Both the position numbers and the translations under genes were made by a program. Positions 12,026-23,814 of a stretch of DNA of 64,000 bases are shown piece after piece. The DNA is from Lingula anatina (lineage: Eukaryota > Animalia > Brachiopoda). Numbering within the stretch: position 1 is the stretch's first letter; each line of letters starts with the position of its first letter. The notes beneath the pieces are model-generated. The model was not told the origin of the DNA. It made no database searches and was given only the letters and a program-made list of their open reading frames with translations. The stretch covers positions 27,718,848 to 27,782,847 of the forward strand of contig CM120643.1 of NCBI GenBank assembly GCA_051362555.1. The letters are read 5' to 3'.

Positions 12026-12285
12026 CTGGGGATAGAAGTCAAGGTTGGATTTTATGTATCTATTAAAAATAATCAGCTGGTTTTATAATTGGTAATTCGT
12101 TTTTATGGATCTGTTCAATAATAAGTCATAAAAATATCTTAATTACCAGCCACTACAGATACAAATAAGATCAGATAGTTCACAAAATACAAATTAATCC
12201 CAAATACAAACAAATGCTGCAATGATAATTACCTGCTAGTACAGATACAAGCAAGTCCAGATGGCTCATAAAATGCAATAATTAC

Positions 12286-12490
12286 CTGCTAGTACAGATA
12301 CAAACGAGTCCAGATGGTTCATGAAGTCTGCCTTGACCATGTCTCCAGTCTTGCCCTCCAGCTGCCCCCAGCCTTTCTCCAGACGCTTCAACACCGGGAT
12401 AAAGATGGTGGTCAGAAGGTACTCAATGGCCGAGAGCAGACCACAGCCGTTGGACTGACCATTGGTCTCCATGACTGTGAAGTTGACCTC
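12286..12490 (-). CDS. DNAH5: DNAH5-like exon 5
   Basis: cag/gtaatt; EVNFTVMETNGQSNGCGLLSAIEYLLTTIFIPVL...LDSFVSVLA. Confidence 0.9.
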
Positions 12491-12761
12491 CTGGAAGAAA
12501 AGAGTCAAATGTTTTATGAATTTTCTGTTTGGAACTGAGTTCTTAAAAGAAAAAGAATAAAACATAATGATTCTTATAACTTTCTATTGCAATAAAGGGA
12601 CACACAATGACCTTCTGACAGAAAAAGAATCAAACATTATTAATCAATGCCTTTTACTTTCAGTAAAAATCAGGTTAATATATTTCTCCCATAATTCACA
12701 AAAAAAAAAAAGAAAAAAGAAGAGGCTACAGGCCTGTCCTTGTTTATTTCCTTCAGCCCAC

Positions 12762-12922
12762 CTGTACAATGTTGGCCTCTGTAATGGCCTTCTTAGGGTC
12801 CACTCTGATGAAGAACAGACAGGTACCATGTAAAGGGGTGCTCTTAGCGTCTGCCACAAACACCTTGGGTTTGGACGCCTTCTTGGTCGGCTGCCCTGGG
12901 GGGCCCAACCGCATGTGGTCAA
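12762..12922 (-). CDS. DNAH5: DNAH5-like exon 4
   Basis: cag/gtggg; DHMRLGPPGQPTKKASKPKVFVADAKSTPLHGTCLFFIRVDPKKAITEANIVQ. Confidence 0.88.
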
Positions 12923-14068
12923 CTGTTATAATAATTATAATAATAATAATAATAATAATAATAATTTTTTTTGATGGGATTGACCTTTCGGTTAATTCTA
13001 TAAATTCATTATGTCACAGCAAAGACTGAAGCTGATGTATACTCACATGCTAGTTTTAAATTTTGAAACATTTTGATTTAAACAATTCTACAACAATCTG
13101 TGACTATGAAATAATATCAGCACTTCATTACTTTATATAAATATATAGCAAAAAAACAAAAAAAAAAACCCTGCATATTTTTTACCCGAGTTTTTACCAA
13201 ATATCTAGACATACTGTATTATTATCCCAATCTTAGATTCTTCTAAAACAGACATACATGTAAATGAACCATTTGCTGTATATTTGGAAGTTTGTCACAC
13301 AAAGTAAGAGTGACAAGATACCAAACCTCCCATCTATGTTCCCACAAGGTGGCAAACACATGTACATTAACAAAACAGATTAGATTTTAATACATAGTTA
13401 CAAACTAATAGAGGATCTACTAGTATTCATAATAAAACAGAAACATCCCCTTCAAAAGAACAGTAATTCTATCTAAAATGGTAAACAGATGTTTATTTGA
13501 CCAGTGCTTTAAGAACAGAGTCGCCATGGCAGGTCAGCACTGAAAAAAATCAGGACAGCTATTGGCTGAAGCCAGTTCACGTGAATTAAGGTAAGGAGGA
13601 AGCATGGCTTTAAAAGCAAAGCATAGATAAAACTTGGTAAAATGAAGAAAAGTTAAGATATCAAGAAAATGAACACTAAGTATGCAATGTAATGTGTTTG
13701 ATAACATCTCTGAACATAATTTTGTTATAATACTGTGTAATACTGGTACATACAATTATTTAGTATCAGATGTTAGCATTTTGCATATGCTTAAAAGCAA
13801 AACAAACCCAGTCACTAAAGAGATAAATTTTTAGATATTTTCAGGAAAATTTCAAAAGCTGATTAAATATTTATATAGAGGGTTTATAGTCAGCTTCCAC
13901 AGCTACAAGCACAGAATTTACAGAAACATTTAACTGAATAAGAAATAATACAGATGCTTCAAACATCTCAATCCTACAAATTGAAAAAATGGTTATATAA
14001 TAATTCTAATTTATGTTAGTTTAACAGTGAAGAAAATGCAAGCAAGGAAATATTGATTCTTGGCCTAC

Positions 14069-14122
14069 TTGCGCCTGACTTGCGCCGAGATTCCTCTTTT
14101 GGTAGCTGAAAATCCACAGTCA
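14069..14122 (-). CDS. Candidate 54-nt cassette exon of the dynein gene (VTVDFQLPKEESRRKSGA)
   Basis: Long pyrimidine tract ending in gcaag, donor gtaggc, phase 1-1 matching the host intron, stop-free. Confidence 0.55.
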
Positions 14123-15504
14123 CTTGCAGGAAGAGAAGACAGAAAAAATAAACGTAAATGTTCAACTCTAAAACGTCAGTATTCAAACAATGCATGCAAA
14201 TTCACTGTTAAATGTTATCAAACAAACTGCTTTTTTAAATGTACTAAAAATAAACATGTGCAAAGGAATAATTCGCACCCTTAACCAAAAAGGCAAAGTA
14301 GAAAAGATGCATGCAAAACTCAAAACTAAGCAATTAAACACAAATCATGCAATTTATGTTATTTCATAAATAAATAAATACTGTGCCCTCAAAAGCTCAT
14401 TAATGTGTGGTTAATATTTCAAAAAAGTGACCAAATGTTGAATACAAAGATAGATTTTTATCTTGAAATCATCCGTGGTTGAAAACACAATGATGAATCT
14501 TCTCCATTCTGAACATTAAATATAAATTTAAATAGAACCACTTGCCCCTAAGCAACTTGTCACTTTTTTTTTGCCCACCTTCACCCAAAAAATTTAAGGC
14601 TGCAGACAGAGACTTGAAGACTGTGTGGAAGCAAGTGCTCTTGAGAAAAAGCCAATTGCTAAAGCTTCAAAAAACATCTTAGTCCATTCAGTACCAACAA
14701 AATCAAACCCTTAAAAACATGAAATAACTGAGTTAAACTAAAACCCAGTTATCAGTGCAGGGCTAGAGTGTACTGTAGAACAAGTTAATCCTTGTTGCCA
14801 CTATCAATGTTTGCTCTTCGGACTATAAGCTCCTTGAATTTTTAATTAAAATGGAGATTGGGTATTGAGCACTGTTAAAGGTGGGGGACAATCCCTTTGA
14901 GTAAACTTGCCCTCGGCTTTTGATTAACTATCCAACATCTGAAAAAACTGTTTCTCACTTTTACTTCCTTTGACTGCAATTTCTTTCAAAAACACAAAAA
15001 ATCAAATGAAATCATACTAGTACTTTTCTTTCTGCTATATTGTTATGTTTCTATATTTTTTCTGCATTCTTCCTCATCACTAATGGCTATATTTTTCACA
15101 GATTGCATGAGGATAAGTTTTTAACTGCTTACTAAATTCAGTTTCAGCAATCATTGCTATCGTGATGCAATTCTAATTCAAATTGTCCTATACCCAAAAC
15201 AACCTGATGTTGTCCCCTGGATTAAAAAATACTGGGCATTTAGCCTGAAAAAAGTAAGCGTTACGGACACTGCGAAATACTAACGATAGTATTTAACTAG
15301 CATAACTAGCCACCAGAGGGAGCCATGTACTAGTACCACCACCGCCATTTTGGGATCTACGTCTTTCATATCAGACAATGATGTGAATGTGACTAATGTG
15401 TGGTAGATAGAAACCTTCACCCAAGATATGTGCTTAATTTTATCCTGAAAATCCTGAAAATAAAACTGTCAAGAAATTGTTACACATTTTTGTTCTGTTC
15501 TTAC

Positions 15505-15592
15505 CTCCATCTTTTTCAAGGTCGGGTTCTTGGTAGAAAAATGTCAGATGATTTGTGCCGTCTGCACAGAAGAAGTCATCCATCATTTCAAT
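15505..15592 (-). CDS. DNAH5: DNAH5-like exon 3
   Basis: cag/gtaaga; IEMMDDFFCADGTNHLTFFYQEPDLEKDG. Confidence 0.9.
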
Positions 15593-15867
15593 CTGGAAAT
15601 GGAAAAAAAAATATTGAAAAGGTTGAGGAGAAAGTTCAACCTTTTTTCATCAGTCAACTATTGACACCTTTCTTGGTTGAAATTAACTTTTTTTTTCTCT
15701 GAGCTTTCCAAATGAACTGATAAGCAAATGGCAATAATCAATGTATTAATCAATATATCATCTTGATTTAGTATAATACTTATAATAACATGAAAAATAA
15801 TCTGTCAATGCCAAAAAATATTTTTCTGAAAAAAAAAAAAAATAAATAAATCTAGCGGTTAACTAAC

Positions 15868-16002
15868 CTGTTTCCCCTCCAGAATGGCGTCCTCCACCTC
15901 ATTCCTCTCAAGTCCCAGGCGGTCAGCCACAGTGACCAGCATGTAGTAATGGCGGTCATCTAGCTTGGCTCGCCTTGCCTCGCGCTCCTCCTTTAGTCTT
16001 TG
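15868..16002 (-). CDS. DNAH5: DNAH5-like exon 2
   Basis: cag/gttagt; [45 protein letters not shown]. Confidence 0.92.
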
Positions 16003-16373
16003 CTGTAATGGTGAGAGAGAAATGTTCTATATAGATTGTTAATTTGATTGGTTTTGTGGAAGTGACAGAAAGTACTGTTAATTAATGGAGAATATCATGG
16101 AGCCTTGAACTGTATGGCAGGACTGAGATGAAATGAAGAAAATGTGTTGTAAGATGGGCTAGTGGTATGTAGCTGCCTTCTGTGAGTGTCCTCGTTTTCT
16201 CTCTGCTGTCAGTAGACCTGGAAACCATGTTATTAGTATATGTATGACATGGCTTATCTTCCACATAGTTTTTTATTACTACCCTACAACTATTTTTCCT
16301 CTAAACTCAACTACAACAGTGAAAAGTAAAATAAACAGTTTCACACTGGATCATATTGACACAGTATGTTATG

Positions 16374-16404
<31 letters not shown>

Positions 16405-17955
16405 ACATAAGTCATTTCTCTCACCTGAAAAGAAGTAACACATATCACAGAGGAAGATTTTCTCTGCTTAGAGTCCATGAAAACCTCCTCTAAATCAGAA
16501 CCTAGAGCACTTTCACAATGATACACGTATCTCCAAGTATAACATGTATATGCTAGACACCAAAGTCTAAAGGGAGCTACGTCAATTTGCAGTGTTAATT
16601 AATTCTTTAATGGATAAATCACTTCCAATTATGTTTTACAACTCACAGGTAATTCCTTACTATAACATCCTAAAGACTGTACTGTATCTGAATAAATTAA
16701 AATCTAATCAAAAATGAAGGAGAGACATAAAGACATAAAGACTGATATTACTCCTATTTACTTCATCAGGTACTAAATAAATATTTTACCAGAACTAAGC
16801 TTTACAAGTGACAGGGGGAAGACCCATTTACCAATCTGAAGAATGTATTCTTAAATAAAACAAACCCCCTAACTTTATTTTTGTTTTAAATTCATATGCC
16901 CTGCCTCATTATATAACTTTCGTATTGTTAAAATAACAATAATAATAATAATAATAATAAATCTAACTGTTTGATAAAAAGAGGATGAATAACAACATGT
17001 AAGCCACACATTGAAGTACAGTATACAAAACAGCTGATGAAAAATTCAATGACTAGCCCATATGACTTATAATGGAGCCTATGTAATGCCCTTCTAAGAA
17101 TAAATTAGTACCCGGAGCATTTAACGTCACATTAAGTATTGTTGAGGTTATAAGGGTACGAGGAACAGCGTGAACGGTCAACACATTACACTTCAACTCT
17201 GCCCCTCGGCTCACTGAGTCAAGTGATAACGAGATTGTATATATCACCCTTCTGAGTGGACGACCAATTTATATTAGATTAATCTGCTTTTCATGTTAGA
17301 AACAACTATTGTTGTCACGCACTTAATCCTGGTTACCAAGATTGAAAAAATCAATTGCCGATGTTTATAGGGACGTGAATTGAGAAAGTTAATCTCTACT
17401 TGAAGTGTCAAAATTGCAGCTTTAGCTTCAAAGTGAGAACGGAAATTAATAAGGAGCTTACTCGTAAATTGACACTTGTGACAAGGAGTTCAAAAGAAAT
17501 GGTTATTAGATGTGTGATAGGGGAATAAAGGATCCTGAATGGGAGTCAGTGTAGCCATATTCCGCTCACTATTACTGCTGATAAGCGCGTCAAATGAAAT
17601 GTCGAAATGAATACTCACACCTCGAGTTGTATTTGGAGGCGCAATTATGTATCTGTCTTCTGGAACACTTTCTGGGGACACAACTGATGTTTTTCAAAAT
17701 AAGGAATCAAAAGGGATCCCATTTTGGGAGTAATGTAATAACCATAATAAAAGTGAAATACAAGGTACAACTGTAAGAATAAAATGCAGTTTACAGATAT
17801 TGTGATTTTTAAAATTTATAAGTAAACACAATTTAAGCAACTATGGAGATTAACCCTAATTTTTCATTTCTGAGATGTTCTTAGCACATCACTTGATATA
17901 ACCAATAAAAAATTATAAGAGTATACATAATTGTCAAATATATCAAAAGACTTAC

Positions 17956-18003
17956 TTTGTATTCAGAAATTTCCCGTTTGGTTATCACAGATGAAGATAT
18001 CAT
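17956..18003 (-). CDS. Candidate alternative first coding exon of the dynein gene (MISSSVITKREISEYK)
   Basis: ATG in frame with a consensus phase-0 donor (AAA/gtaagt). Confidence 0.3.
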
Positions 18004-20090
18004 TCTGATTCTGCAAATTTTAGATGACTGTAAAAGGTCTTAAATTCCTTATCATCTTTAAAGAGAAAACCTCTCAACTTTTAAAACTTCCCTTCTTCTT
18101 TGCATGGACTAGCTAAAAAGCAATGATCTTGTTTCTCAATAAGTCCACAATTCAAAATTACTTCTTTTACTCTAGAAATGAAATTCCATCCCAATCCGGA
18201 AAACATAGAGAGTAATGAATTTGCTTCCAAACTGCTTCTTATAGGTTTCTCTTTTAAATCTCTAATTTCAGCTTGAAAATGGCAAAATGTCAAATCCCAC
18301 GGAAGATCCTAGTGCTCTGGTATGAATTCCACAAAAGTTCTAATGATGTGACACTTTTCACAAACACTTCCCAGGCTGTAATCTCCAACATTTAAAAACA
18401 AGCCTCACAACTAGAGATATCGCCAGTCATAAACAAATATCCCACAATCCTCGGAAACTACTGCACATTATTCCTCAACGGACACGCTAATTAGCCTTAT
18501 CGAGTAAATCCCCGACTACATATCTGGATCACATAAACTCAGTCAGCAGAAGTTTGGGCTGCTGTAACTTGGCAATCACTTTAGTCGTCATTAAACAATC
18601 TAATCCCCTGTTTGCCCTCATCTCTCCGCAATCAATCCTCAATCATCCCGTCCAATCAAAATGACCGCTGACACCAGAGACTCAAGGAGATTAAACAGTG
18701 TCACTGCTAGTGACATTGGCGACCTCTAGTGGGAGTAAGTTCAAAATGAACTAAGCACTACACAGAGTACGCATTATTTCAATTTCAATTTATATTTCTG
18801 TACTGGTACATTAATGAGATTATATGTAACCATACCTTCCCATTACTGTGATTTCCAAGGAGATGTGATCATATTGTTATCAAATCAAGATTCGAAATAA
18901 AACAGCTACAATGTACTATAAAACTCCCATGATACCTGAAGAGATCATGACTAAAACATTGGCACATGGACCAATCATGATGGGTGAAAGGTCGATAGAA
19001 CTTTTTTTTCAAACTGGGCTTACTCTAGGTTTATAAATATTTAGTTAAATGCTAAATATTCACCACTTTGGTTTTAAAATGTAAAATATGTCTATTTTTA
19101 GCCCAACATCCATGATTGATTTGGTTCAAAATTTTAATTTCTGCAATTTATCTATAACTCTTTCAGAGTCGTATCAAAAACTCTCTACAGTAACAGATGC
19201 ACAGCTAATTTAAGTTACCAGCAATAAAAACAATATGTTGTTGGAAAAAGTAGCAAAATTTTCAAAACACAAAACATTATCAAAAGACAAAATAAACAGC
19301 ATGTTCCGTCAAATCCAATATCTTGAAATAAAAAGGTAATTATGAAAACTTTAATCGTATAGAAAGGATGAAAATGGTTAACATTAGATCAATCTTCTTT
19401 AATTTCCTCTCAAGTTGATCAATGCTACAGTGCCTTTGTAGCCACAATAAAACTTTGTCGATAAGCAGACGTCTTTTTTCCTCACATGACAAGGTACTAG
19501 TCTTCATAACTGAGCATATCCAACTCTGCCATTTTGTAATTATATGGTTGTATTGATTGGGAACAAGAGGAGAAAAGTGCCACTTTGTGGAGGGAATCAA
19601 TAATTCAATTTCATATATTATATCATATTATTTCAAGCAAACATTGAATACTGGGACCAAAAAAATCTGAACATCCCCCATTAACTTTAAACAGAAGGTT
19701 ACCAATGTAAACAAGTGCATACAGATAATTTAGCATCCACTCGTGAAAAGGGGCAACCATACACGTTTTATGGTGTGTTTTCTGAACATTTTTTTCTAAT
19801 CTTATTCTGCATAAAGCACAGTAACAAAGTAACAACAAATTTTTTCACAGATTCAAAAAAACAACTTATTGTTAACAATACTTATTTCAGCATCAACATA
19901 TCAATTATAGTTCTCAACTGTTATGAGCAAAGCTACTTTTTACACATCACTAAAACAAACACAACTTTCAGGTCCTAGTTGTTCAGAATATGTCACTTAA
20001 TTTCAAAAGTTCAATGATTCAGCAAAAAATAATTTTCCACGAGGAACTGCTTGACAGGCAAAGGAGACCATGCTGACATTCAAATCTTAC

Positions 20091-20135
20091 CTTTTCTAAT
20101 TCAGATTTTTTCAAGTTCCCCCCTGGGATGGCCAT
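20091..20135 (-). CDS. Candidate alternative first coding exon of the dynein gene (MAIPGGNLKKSELEK)
   Basis: aacATGG start context, phase-0 donor AAG/gtaaga, X-box-like GTTGCTATCCAAAAC just upstream. Confidence 0.45.
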
Positions 20136-23100
20136 GTTAGCACTGGTGTTGCTATCCAAAACCAATCAGCAGATTACACTAATGATAATTATTTCCTGGT
20201 TGACTGTTTGTTATCACCAAGGACAATATCGCACTCAAATCTGTGCCATTTTACATGACAGCATTGTCATAATTCCTATTTCCTTCAATCAGTTTAGACA
20301 CAATATAACTGCTTTCAACGTTGGTCTCCCTGAGATAAAAGCTCTTTTAGACTCCCTGGTTTGATGTGTTTGCACTCTGAGATTAAAAAATTCCCTCAAA
20401 TCCTAGAATCTCAGCCATGAATTATCAAGATCTGCTTTGCTGTGGTATTTCTTCAAATGCCCTGAGCACATACAATGATATTAAAATGTCTGAAAACTAT
20501 ATAATGCAGAGAGGCTTTTCTTCTTGGTATTTTTGTTGTTCATTCCAGCATATGGTAGCGTAGCACCGGTCTTGACAGAAATCTTTACAGTCAACACTTT
20601 AAGTCCGCTTCTTTAAACAATAACCTATTTAATGTAGGCGTTCTTCACACTACCTTCCACTAATGATAAAACCTTGTCAAGGTAAGTCGATTCGCAGTTT
20701 TCTATTGTTCTGGTGCTTGAGAACTCAGTTTTCTATTCAAAACTGTGTTTGAGTGCGTTTCCTTACAAGAGAATTGAATGTGACTTTTAAGTAGACTTTT
20801 TGATGTAAGATGACAAAACTAAATTGGTTTTTGACGTATAGAATAAAAGACAATAATTTAAAACTGCTTCCACTTCGATATTTCTTTTTATCACTGTCAA
20901 CTCTTTTCCAATAATAATATCCCAGTGATGGTCAAATTTCTCCAGCAACGCAACATGAGATTTTCAAATAAGTACTCCACTGTTACTGTAAATTTCACGA
21001 CAAAAGTCTGCCTTTTCTGAAATCTTCTTTCACATATAAAAAAATCGTGTCTCTCTTATAACTTCATTTATGTACAGCTCCTATCCTGCTTGGTTTAACA
21101 CAGATTTCACCACAAGGGAGCAGGTGGCCCGACTAACCAACTCAGAATGACTCTTGCTGCTGTCACAGACAATATGGACACAAAAAGACTTGAACGCTGT
21201 CCAGAGCATTCGCAGTCGATAAAAAACACCTTGCTTATAGTGGTCTGTATTCCCTCTGAGGCTTGTATTGCTGATTCTTCTGATATCCCTTCATTATTAC
21301 TAAGAGTAACTAACAATTAAACAATGTCAATCCATACAAATACAAATCATCTGTCACTTGGAATATATTAACATTGTCATAGCTGGTTCTACATTGTAGA
21401 AATCCATCAGACGTCAAGCATGCAGCCACATGTGCCGTGCAGTCCTCATAAACCGTCGTCCCAGGCCGTAACCAAGGACTCATTCAACCAGACAGGCTCA
21501 ATTTAACACAGCGTAAGGCTAATAGATCAATAACGACACTGAACTTGCCAATACCAAGACTGCCTATTAGCTACATGGGCTATCTCGGATACAATGCAAT
21601 GTTTACTGTGTTTACCTGTTAGAGCAATAACCTGTATTGTTGAAAGAGGAACGGAACATTGGAGGCCAGTGTGCTTTTGGCAATAGATGGAAAACTAAGT
21701 CGTAAATGATTTCTCCTTCTGATTCACCTGTTATTCAAGTCTGTGTGTCTAACCTTCAAGGGAATAGGCAATGTGTGTATGTGTTGAAAAGTGATTGTAT
21801 CTGCTTTTGTGTTCTTGTTGGGATAGTAAGGCAATATTGTACTGTTGTGATTTTTCATTTGGGCTGTTATCAAAAGAGGAACATTTCTTAAATGGGTAAA
21901 TATTTCTCCTAAACTTTTGTATATCCTTCCAGCTGATGTGAAAATACATCCAGGCCATGTTTGACGTCAAAGCGTATGCAGATTTATTATTTTTTATTTA
22001 ATGTCTACAACTCAGCACAAATATGTCACCAAGGTGTAAATTAAAAAACAGCAGTAAAAATTAATAAGTGAAAACAGACCTCCTAAGATATGACTATAAA
22101 CACACAAATACAGCTGCAGTACCGTCCCATCTGGATCACTGTGACAGGTCCTCAAATATTACGTACTTTACTATGGGGGAACCTACTGCATTTCACAAGT
22201 TTTTTTCCACATATTAACTGTGCCAGAGACTCAGTTTAGTCTCTTATAAGTAATAACCAGAGTATTAGGCTGACAATCTCTCAAAGTGTCCATACAGAAT
22301 GTATTGCTAAATTATATTATTCCATGTTAAAAAAAACAGTGTGACATGCTTCAAGTCTTTTCTTTGATCTTCCCTAATCTGAACTATTAGAGGACATATT
22401 TTATGCTCCGAGTTCTATCAGGATTTTACAATAGTTCAATATTTCTCTCCCACAAGAATTGATAAATAAAAAAGAAACAAAGCAGGAAAAAAGGCATCAA
22501 ATGAAACAACTTCAAATGAAACAAACAAATGAGAAAAGCATTAAATGAAACCCTCAAGTATGAACGAAGTTTGAACAAAGCATACCTATTTTTGCAGCCA
22601 TTATGGAACAAACATGCACCTACCATAAGAAAAGATGCCCTTGTTTCTCTAGTACCCCTTCTCATCTTAATCCTGTCGCTAAGGTAACCAGAGTTAATGT
22701 TTGACATGGTTCCAAACATCCAATTAAGACTAGTTAACAGAATTTTCCTTTTGATAAAATGTATTTTTTAAAAATATACCCAGCAAATCTTTTTTTCCTC
22801 AAGAGCAGGTTGCTTCAGAATTTTCCACCATGGCTCGGAGGCCCTGGAACAGCCATGGTCTAAACCAGAAATAGAACCCAACCTCAAAATCATTCACCAC
22901 CTGATGTTGAGATTCAAGTCTTGTGCACAGATCAGGAATCTAAATGTCACTGAATACAATCAAGTTCTTTTTTTATGAACTTCGTCCCGTGAAGCACACA
23001 CACCTTAGGTATCATGACATGAGTTAAAAAGGTCTTGATTTCTATTTAAGTCTAAGTACCACCCAGGTAGAAAGTGATTATTAAACAGGTGAAGTATGAA

Positions 23101-23724
23101 TACAGATGAGTTCAGTTCACACTGAGTTACCTCATAGTTCAGAGGATAATGTCATTTGTGCAAGGTGGATTGTGTTATTCTGGTTGGATTTATTAGATAC
23201 TTTGAAACTCATATCAATCAACAGCTAATTTTTTTCTCCAGAATTTTGATGTCTGTCAATTTCTGCACTCCTAGACTTAAACTACTAGTACTTAAAAAAA
23301 AAAACTCTGTACAAATCTGTTGATTGAAGAAACAATTATAATAACCTGAAAAACACTGCAATACTAGACAACAGTAGTACTGATGTTAACTGATGATTGA
23401 AGAAACTATCATATTAATTCAAACTAGTGTTAAACACAGCGGATGAAATTCTTCACTGGAATTGTTAAATTCCTGTTTTGTACCCCATTTTTGCCTCACC
23501 TTTTACTACATGTACACCATCATTTCAGTGGCAGAGTGAGAGATACATTTTATGACATTCAGAAAAATTACTTGAAAGAAATAGTAACTCACAAAGTACT
23601 AGTACATCCTTTCAGCAAGTACTGAAATAAAAGAAATCAAGGTGTAGGACAAAAAATTGAGGGGAAGAAAAAAGCTGGCATTATAGACAAAAATAACTTT
23701 CAAATCTCTCAATTGGAAACTCAC

Positions 23725-23814
23725 CAAAACTTTCAGAAATTTGCGATGACGAAACATCCGTCTCATGCGATGTGCTGGCATCATCTGATCAGGTCTGGGT
23801 TTTCTCCACGCCAT
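23725..23814 (-). CDS. Candidate alternative first coding exon of the dynein gene (MAWRKPRPDQMMPAHRMRRMFRHRKFLKVL)
   Basis: aaaATGG start context, 30 open codons, phase-0 donor TTG/gtgagt, local rise in GC and CpG. Confidence 0.6.

Noticed and set aside
937-13029. Plus-strand ORFs (e.g. 937-1287, 5174-5518, 9934-10266, 8267-8596)
   Set aside because: Antisense shadows of dynein exons, with no recognisable protein or plus-strand splice structure.
13502-13539. Possible extra dynein cassette exon after tttttttcag
   Set aside because: 38 nt, weak donor (gtcaaa), not frame-preserving.
20540-21320. Possible nested plus-strand gene in dynein intron 1 (donor at ~20682, 57-codon ORF at ~21148)
   Set aside because: No recognisable protein and no coherent exon chain.
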